Shown piece after piece: positions 1 to 5,886 of a stretch of 5,886 nt of DNA; positions within the stretch are counted from its first letter, which is position 1; each line of letters starts with the position of its first letter. This DNA is from Octopus sinensis (taxonomy: Eukaryota), in assembly GCF_006345805.1 (NCBI RefSeq), contig NW_021829727.1:1-5886 (forward strand), written 5' to 3'. Both the position numbers and the translations under genes were made by a program. The notes beneath the pieces are model-generated. The model made no database searches, had not been told where the DNA came from, and saw only the letters and a program-made list of their open reading frames with translations.

Positions 1-217
1 AGTTACGGGGACGTAAACACACCAATATCGATTGTCAAGCGATGGCGGAGGGACAAACACAAACACATATACAACTATACACACAAAGACACACAGACGC
101 AGATAGAATGACAGACAAACTCACACACATATACGACGGGCTTCTTTCAGATTTCGTCACTCACATAGCTTCGGTCGGCCCGAGGTTATAGTAGAAGACA
201 CTGAGCCCGGAGCCACG
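1..217 (-). mobile_element. Decayed SINE copy 1 (body, internal CA/TG-rich tract and start of 3' part; 5' head truncated; continues off the left window edge)
   Basis: 139-181 (ggcttctttcagatttcgtc-actcacatagcttcggtcggccc) aligns in-window with 1240-1291, and 203-217 aligns with 1313-1327 (11/15). The order 'ggggacgtaaacacacc...ttgtcaagc...ggacaaacac-(CA-rich)-atacgacgggcttctttcag...tagtagaagacact' matches my recollection of an abundant octopus tRNA-derived SINE. That recollection is not database-verified and the family is not assigned. Confidence 0.75.
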
Positions 218-290
218 AAAGACGAAGATGGAATTTTTAGTAAAGACGATTGTTTTGGCACATCTAGCATCGGTCCTTCACGGGTAGGAG

Positions 291-306
291 ACTTAACTAC
301 TTAACT
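291..306. repeat. Perfect 8-bp tandem duplication (acttaact)x2
   Basis: Directly visible: acttaact-acttaact. Confidence 0.85.
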
Positions 307-328
307 AATGTGTCCCTTTGGGCGATGA

Positions 329-344
329 ATATATATAAATATAT

Positions 345-381
<37 letters not shown>

Positions 382-539
382 TATACAATATATATATACA
401 TATACATATAATACATGTATATATATATATGTATATAATGTATATATATATATACATACTATACATATATATATATATGCATATAGATATATATACAATA
501 CATATACATATTATATATACATATATATCATACATGTAT

Positions 540-595
<56 letters not shown>

Positions 596-606
596 ATATA
601 TATATA
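329..606. repeat. Imperfect (TA)n microsatellite, about 280 bp
   Basis: Long pure TA runs (e.g. about 557-592) interrupted by taca/tatg/taga variants. Confidence 0.97.
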
Positions 607-617
607 TCACAATCAAG

Positions 618-670
618 AAACGGCCAGATAGGCCATTCACCCACTAGAAATACAGCCAAAGCTCACCCGC
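618..670. repeat. Possible fragment of a cephalopod interspersed repeat
   Basis: 'cggccagataggccattcacccactagaaatacagccaaa' resembles a motif I recall from octopus repeats. Recall only; there is no second copy in the window. Confidence 0.25.
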
Positions 671-980
671 AAATAAAAGATTAATTCCGTAAACAGGAGA
701 AAATTTAAAAACATTACCCTGTAATTTCTTGTACGATGCACCGTTTCATCATCGCTGTTTAATGGTAACTAACCTGATTAAATTAAATCAACCAATCTTC
801 CATAGGCCCTCGATCTTCAGCAAGAAATAGCCAAGTCGGAACATATATTTACTAGCATTTCAAACCTGCCAAGGTAATATCTGACCTAAAATTTTCAATC
901 GTCGCACTCGCGCCAAATTTATCGGCAGGCAAATAATATTGTAAGCCGTCGATTCCATTACGGAATTAACCAGAAAATTC

Positions 981-1127
981 ATATTAATCATATAGGGTGG
1001 CAGAAAAAATTTTGTAGAATTCCTTCTGCCACCAGCGGCCTAGTGGGAAAAATTAATTCCCACTAGGCCGCTGGTGGCAAAGGAATTCTACAAAATTTTT
1101 TTCTGCCACCCTATATTGATTAAATAT
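981..1127. repeat. 147-bp near-perfect palindrome (fold-back element; MITE-like or fold-back duplication)
   Basis: Base-by-base check: left arm 981-1049 is the reverse complement of right arm 1057-1127, with 68 pairs and 4 single-base bulges (1026; one T in 1096-1102; one T in 1116-1117; one A in 1122-1124). There are no mismatched pairs. The spacer 1050-1056 is aaattaa. Confidence 0.97.
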
Positions 1128-1230
1128 ATATATTATATATATATACATACATATATATATATACATACATATATACAATACATATATAGTTCGATAGATG
1201 GACAGATAGATAGATGGATACGTATATATG
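1128..1230. repeat. Compound (TA)n/(TACA)n/(GATA)n microsatellite
   Basis: TA and tacata units at 1128-1188, then gata units at about 1193-1220. It sits directly 3' of SINE copy 2 in the SINE's orientation, where copy 1 has its CA/TG-rich tract. Confidence 0.9.
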
Positions 1231-1239
1231 TACTGGAGA

Positions 1240-1370
1240 GGCTTCTTTCAGTTTCGTCTACCAAATCCATTCACAATGCTTTGATCGTCCCAGGGTACCA
1301 CACATTAGGGTAGAACCCGTAACCGCGTGGTTGCGAAGCAGATTTCTCACCACACGACTACGCCCGCGCG
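1240..1370 (-). mobile_element. Decayed SINE copy 2 (tRNA-derived head plus part of body)
   Basis: The minus strand reads cgcgcgggcgTAGTCGTGTGGtgagaaatctgcttcgcaaccacgcggttacgGGTTCTACCCTaatgtgtgg...ttgtgaatggatttggtagacgaaactgaaagaagcc. It has A-box-like and B-box-like motifs at tRNA spacing and aligns with copy 1. Confidence 0.8.
1307..1360 (-). promoter_or_regulatory. Degenerate internal RNA Pol III (type 2) promoter of the SINE head
   Basis: A-box-like TAGTCGTGTGG (1350-1360, minus) versus TRGCNNARYGG, and B-box-like GGTTCTACCCT (1307-1317, minus) versus GGTTCGANNCC, 32 nt apart. Both carry mismatches, so it is probably inactive. Confidence 0.55.
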
Positions 1371-1461
1371 TCTGATGCAGGACCACTTTTGTCACGTTTA
1401 AAATGAAAGGGACTTCTCTTCTACACCGGTGAATATTGTACATCGGCTTCATAAAACACAG

Positions 1462-1560
1462 CTTGCTGAATATACCGTGGAGTGATACCGAACTAGGATC
1501 AACCGAAGACAAGAAGCAAATTTCACCCACACCTAAATGCCTGCATCCACGTTTTCTCCG
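1462..1560 (+). other. Weak candidate 99-nt exon (phase 2-2)
   Basis: cacAG|(1462)...ccg|GTAAAC(1561). One frame is open (LLNIPWSDTELGSTEDKKQISPTPKCLHPRFL). The acceptor lacks a pyrimidine tract and I recognise no homology. Confidence 0.15.
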
Positions 1561-1574
1561 GTAAACATATGATT

Positions 1575-1665
1575 AAAAAAAGATAAAACAAAACAAAAAA
1601 CTGAAAAGAACAAATGAAATAAAACAGCAAAAATATCAAAACAAAATAAACTGCAAAATAAATAA
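1575..1665. repeat. A-rich low-complexity tract (aaaac/aaaat-like)
   Basis: Runs such as aaaaaagataaaacaaaacaaaaaactgaaaag...aaaacaaaataaac. Confidence 0.7.
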
Positions 1666-1897
1666 TTGATAGGAGGCGGAAGTTTAGACAGTATATAAGC
1701 TACTTTATATAAACTGCTCATTTAAATATGTGCTTTAGATGTCGGCCAGTTTGGTTTCGTTGAAAAACAACATGTCAGACCGGAAGTATGTATTAAAAAA
1801 TAAAATTCATTCTGCAAAAATCATCGCTGTTTCAAGTAAGTCTATTTTACAAATGTTTTATCATAACAAAAACAACATATATGGGTTGGTATAGTCT

Positions 1898-2108
1898 CAT
1901 CGTCATCATCATTATCATCATCATCATCGTCGTCGTCGTCGTCGTCATCATCGTCATTGCCGTCACTCCCTTTCTCTCCCTCGTCGTCATCGTTGTCCTA
2001 CACCTCCTCCTCAAAATCATCATCGTCATCATCATCATCATCATCAGCGTCGTTGTCGTCGTTGTCGTCGTCGTCGTTGTCGTCGTCGTCGTTGTCGTCG
2101 TCGTCGTT

Positions 2109-2154
<46 letters not shown>

Positions 2155-2365
2155 TGTCATCGCCGTCATCGTCATCATCATCATCATTGTCGTCATCCTC
2201 TTTCTCCCCCTCGTCGTCTTCGTTGTCCTCCTCCTCAACATCATCAACATCATCATCATCATCATCATCGTCATCATCATCATCGTCATCATTATCAACG
2301 TCATTGTTATCATCATCGTCATCGTCATCATGATCATCATCATCACCACAACCACCACCACCATC
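1898..2365. repeat. Compound trinucleotide microsatellite (ATC/GTC/GTT, ending in ACC)
   Basis: Continuous ATC/GTC units with a near-pure GTC core at about 2049-2150 and ACC units at about 2345-2362. Confidence 0.97.
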
Positions 2366-2398
2366 GGGAAGGTCGTGGTCGCTGTCGAGAACCGACAT

Positions 2399-2424
2399 TA
2401 TTGTAATCATTATCATTACCGTTA

Positions 2425-2503
<79 letters not shown>

Positions 2504-2514
2504 CACCATCATCA

Positions 2515-2554
<40 letters not shown>

Positions 2555-2579
2555 TATCATCATCATCATCATCATTATC

Positions 2580-2639
<60 letters not shown>

Positions 2640-2645
2640 CATATT
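2399..2645. repeat. (ATT)n microsatellite with interleaved (ATC)n blocks
   Basis: Pure ATT runs at about 2428-2503, 2518-2550 and 2582-2639, separated by short ATC runs. Confidence 0.97.
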
Positions 2646-2824
2646 ATCAAATCTACCTACACTATCTTATCATAGACATTATCAACAAGATTATCATTCC
2701 ATTCCACATGGGAAATGTAATAAGAATCTAGAGAAATGAAAACTAAATCATCAACACATACGGTTACACGCACACCTAGCTATCAAGTACAGAGGCATAA
2801 ACCATTCATGCATACAAACAACAT

Positions 2825-2847
2825 ATGTATATCTGCATATATATATA

Positions 2848-2891
<44 letters not shown>

Positions 2892-2894
2892 TAT

Positions 2895-2926
<32 letters not shown>

Positions 2927-2965
2927 TATACATACATAGATACACACACACGCACGCACACACAC

Positions 2966-2999
<34 letters not shown>
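2825..2999. repeat. (TA)n tract (about 2825-2940) grading into (CA)n (about 2941-2999)
   Basis: Directly visible dinucleotide runs. Confidence 0.95.
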
Positions 3000-3002
<3 letters not shown>

Positions 3003-3095
3003 CATTGTACGCTTATGTTTGTATTTGCTTTTCTCCGTGTTCGAGCGTCGCTTGCATTTACATTTATATTAGAAATATATTTGACATAACACATA

Positions 3096-3451
3096 ATATA
3101 TATATATATATATCATATATATATTATATATTATATTATATATATATATATATATGTGTGTGTGTATGTATATTTATATATATATATATATATATGTATA
3201 TTATGTTGGGTATGTGTGTGTATATTATTATATATGTATGCATGTACTCATATGTATATATATGTATGTGTGTATGCTTGTATATATATATAATTAATAA
3301 ATAAAATATATGCATATATACATATATGTACGTTCGTACATCTACTTGTATATATACATGCATATATATAATAATATATATATATATATATATATATATC
3401 TATATATATATATAATATATATATATATATATAATATATATATATATATAT
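3096..3451. repeat. Imperfect (TA)n/(TG)n microsatellite
   Basis: TA runs with tatg/tgtg/taca interruptions. Confidence 0.93.
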
Positions 3452-3549
3452 GAGTACTGGACACCACAAAAACGTAGAATATATACACACACGCACATAC
3501 GCACAACAAACAATCATACATATTGTCAGACATACTACAGAGATTTAAC

Positions 3550-3567
3550 ATATGTATATATACATAC

Positions 3568-3616
<49 letters not shown>

Positions 3617-3653
3617 CCCCCTCAGATATGTGTATATATATATGTATATATAT

Positions 3654-3693
<40 letters not shown>

Positions 3694-3768
3694 ATGTATG
3701 TGCGTGGCATATACATACATGCGTTATTATATAAATATTCTAAAATATATATATGCCTGTATGTATAT
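3550..3768. repeat. Imperfect (TA)n microsatellite
   Basis: Pure TA runs at about 3571-3611 and 3659-3688, plus variant units. Confidence 0.93.
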
Positions 3769-3853
3769 CCATATGTTCGTTTCATAAATCAAAGAATATT
3801 CCAAGACGACTGTTTCGAATCACCGCTCCTACCTTCCGCCATTGTTGTTACAG

Positions 3854-3878
3854 GTGCCAGCTTAGAAGAACATCAATC
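3854..3878 (+). other. Weak candidate 25-nt microexon
   Basis: ccttccgccattgttgttacAG|gtgccagcttagaagaacatcaatc|GTGAGC, followed by a T-rich tract (3886-3926). No homology support. Confidence 0.2.
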
Positions 3879-4009
3879 GTGAGCGTTTTTTTTATATTCT
3901 TTTTTAAAATTTATTTTTTATTTTTTGCTGTCTTTTACACCATTTCTTCCGTCTATTGAGAAGGAAATCGGGATTGGACATGGCAGCGATGGTAGCCGTG
4001 TCGACCATA

Positions 4010-5061
4010 ATGATGGTGGTGTTGGTGGTGATGGTGATGATGATGATGATGATGATGTTGATGATGATGATGGTGGTGGTGGTGATGATGATGATGTTGA
4101 TGATGATGATGATGATGCCGATGAGAAGGACAAGGAAGAAGAGAGATTGTTTGAGGTGACGGTGCTAATGATGATGATGACAACGATCGTGATGGTGGTG
4201 GTGGTAGTGGCGATAATGATGCATAATGCTGTTACTGTTGTTGCTGATGATGATGGTAACTATGACGATGGCAGTGGTGCTCCTGGTCACGATGATGATG
4301 ATGATGATGGTGGTGGCGAGGATGATGATGACCATGATGATGATAATGGTGATGCTGATAATGGTGATGATGATGATGATGGTGTTGGTGGTGGTGTTGT
4401 TGATGATGATGATGATGATGACAAGGATAATAGTGATGGTGGTGGTGGTGATGCGTGATGCAAACCACGTGGAAAACGATGGTGATGGATGTTGTGTTGT
4501 GATGATGCTGTTGATAATTTTTAATTATGATTGATTGTGATGATGTTTTGTGTTTGGAATGGCGGTGGAGAGTGTGGCCGTAAGGCGGGGGTGGTGATGG
4601 TGGTGGTAGTGGTGGCGGTGGTGGTGGAAAACTTGTGACTTCACTATAAGGATTGCTGATGTAGTTCACACATTTTGGCACATTTTGACCATGGTGATGT
4701 TGATGAGGACGATGATGATGGTGGCGATGGTGGTGGTAGTGATGGTGGAGTGTGTGTGTTGTTGGTGTTCTTAGTTTTGGTGTTGCTGCTTGTGATGGTT
4801 GTCATGACAACTGTGGAGGTGGCACAGTGAATGATGGTGGTGGTGGTGGTGGTGGTGGTGATGATGATGATGATAGCGTTGGTGGTGGTTGTGTTCGAGA
4901 TGATGATGATGACGACAATAGTGATGATGATGATGATGACGACGACGACGACGATGCTGCTGCTGATGATGATGATGACGATGATGTTGATGATGACGGT
5001 AATGATGAGGGCGACGACGGAGGCGACATCGATGGTGATTATGGTGATGATGCTTATGATG
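4010..5061. repeat. About 1-kb compound (GAT/GGT/GAC/GTT) trinucleotide microsatellite with short less-repetitive interruptions
   Basis: Dominated by gat and ggt units, e.g. (GGT)8 at 4836-4859 and GAC units at about 4938-4953. The motif class is the reverse complement of 1898-2365. Confidence 0.96.
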
Positions 5062-5093
5062 AATTTATTTATGTCGGGGTACTTCTGATACTA

Positions 5094-5240
5094 GTGTGTG
5101 TGCGTGTGTGTGCGTGTATAAGTATTTGTGTGTATACATGTGTATATTTTTTGTGTGAGTTTGTGTTCATATAGGTTTGTCTGAAGATGTTTGCACGCGC
5201 ATGTGTATATATGGGGTGTTTGTGTGCGGGTATGTGTGTG
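5094..5240. repeat. Degenerate (TG)n-rich tract
   Basis: gtgtgtgtgcgtgtgtgtgcgtgt and scattered TG runs. Confidence 0.8.
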
Positions 5241-5482
5241 GATCTTTACACATTTGCGTACGCGAAGCTTTGCTAATCGCCGAAGTTAAAATACGTCAAT
5301 GCCCAATACCAACGTTGAAGTGAAACGTTGGGTCACATTCCAGTTCCTTCTCTCTTTACATCGTTGAACCTGAAATCACTGTAACTCCATGTTCTATAAG
5401 TGAGTATGAAAAATCTAATTAGAAATTCTAAAACAGCCAGGAATAGATTCGACGAAGTGTTTCCTCTCCGATCTGTTGTGTC

Positions 5483-5516
5483 TTTAACACAGCACGTCCA
5501 TAAGAGATGTTATCTC
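5483..5516 (+). repeat. 34-bp dispersed direct repeat, copy 1 (TTTAACACAGCAC-N12-TGTTATCTC)
   Basis: 28/34 identical, ungapped, to 5830-5863. Confidence 0.85.
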
Positions 5517-5829
5517 TGGGTAAATACTGCAGTAACTTATCTATAAACAGTGTCTATTCATTAAGTATGGTACTTAGACGGCTGTTTTAATTTAATACTG
5601 CATCAACTGCATATACTGGATTTTTATTCAGCTGGTCAGCTGTGTGCAACATCAGTGTATGTTCTATTCAATTTTCCTAGATTAGAGACAACGTATTCTT
5701 GCCCGAGTATGTGGATGGCCAAGAGTACGCGCCAATATAAAGCCTCCCTCCCCCAAAGGTTAAAGTGCATCTGGCGTCAATGCCAGCCACTACTGGGTCG
5801 AATCGTCGTCTGTATGTAATAATTATTGT

Positions 5830-5863
5830 TTTAACACAGCACTTTTATAATAGGTGTTATCTC
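5830..5863 (+). repeat. 34-bp dispersed direct repeat, copy 2
   Basis: 28/34 identical, ungapped, to 5483-5516; offset 347 bp. Confidence 0.85.
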
Positions 5864-5886
5864 AGAACAAACACAACAATATCTGG

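Noticed and set aside
1029-1078. CTCF-like motifs in the palindrome (CCACCAGCGGCC / CCACTAGGCCGC)
   Set aside because: Each has at least two mismatches in the GC core of the CCASYAGRKGGC consensus.
1307-1370. Possible tRNA gene
   Set aside because: Both boxes are degenerate, I could not build a convincing cloverleaf, and the sequence continues into SINE body shared with 139-217.
1258-1530. 90-aa minus-strand ORF with ordinary-looking composition
   Set aside because: Its C-terminal part is the SINE head, it needs a non-ATG start, and I recognise no homology.
1847-2581. 244-aa minus-strand ORF and overlapping ORFs at 1881-2731 (poly-I/M/D/T/S/H/Y)
   Set aside because: These are translations of ATC/GTC/ATT repeats, which lack stops in some frames. 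The homopolymer type switches with repeat phase and there is no domain-like sequence.
1230-3461. gtactgga at the end of two TA tracts (1230-1237, 3454-3461); cgtcaatgcc at 5294-5303 and 5775-5784
   Set aside because: 8-10-bp matches without flanking extension are expected by chance at this window size.
344-3785. Poly-(IY) ORFs (344-647, 2736-3785)
   Set aside because: (TA)n contains no stop codon, so these are artefacts.
3918-5174. Asp/Gly-rich ORFs (3925-4458, 4752-5174) resembling acidic biomineralisation proteins, and His-rich antisense ORFs
   Set aside because: They are explained by GAT/GGT repeats. Frames shift within the tract, several overlapping frames are equally open, and the starts lie outside any convincing gene context. 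RNA-seq or proteomics would be needed to revive them.
5175-5405. Exon ending at the GTGAGT donor (5400-5405), or a minus-strand exon from the acceptor near 5370
   Set aside because: All three frames of 5175-5399 contain stops, and the alternative short exons have weak sites and no support.
5483-5875. RAG/Transib RSS or integron attC interpretation of the 34-bp repeats; also a perfect CACAGTG at 4823-4829
   Set aside because: The heptamer is CACAGCA. The only nonamer-like sequence (ACAAACACA, 5867-5875) is at a 25-nt spacer and in one copy only. No nonamer follows 4829. The RYYYAAC/GTTRRRY boxes do not fit and the context is eukaryotic.
1-5886. CRISPR array, rRNA, prokaryotic operon or autonomous transposon
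   Set aside because: There is no repeat-spacer array, no recognisable rRNA sequence, and no transposase or reverse-transcriptase ORF.

Overview
Non-coding, AT-rich eukaryotic DNA. Roughly half to two-thirds of it is simple-sequence repeat: (TA)n, (CA/TG)n, (ATC/GTC)n, (ATT)n and (GAT/GGT)n. No ORF in the track is a credible gene; they are homopolymeric read-throughs of microsatellites or overlap a repeat. Two decayed, same-orientation (minus-strand) copies of a tRNA-derived SINE lie at 1-217 and 1240-1370. They align to each other, and they resemble a very abundant octopus SINE as I remember it, so the source is probably an Octopus/cephalopod intron or intergenic region (recall, not a database result). 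The most striking non-microsatellite structure is a 147-bp near-perfect palindrome at 981-1127. It has 68 paired bases, no substitutions, only single-base indels, is centred on AATTAATT, and has a nested hairpin in each arm. Other points of interest: an equal-length 21-nt module swap between the two SINE copies, a pair of 34-bp fixed-spacing dyad repeats 347 bp apart near the right end, kb-scale inverted trinucleotide blocks, higher-order structure inside the microsatellites, and two weak candidate exons. I cannot support a new biological system from this sequence alone; the palindrome is the best lead.
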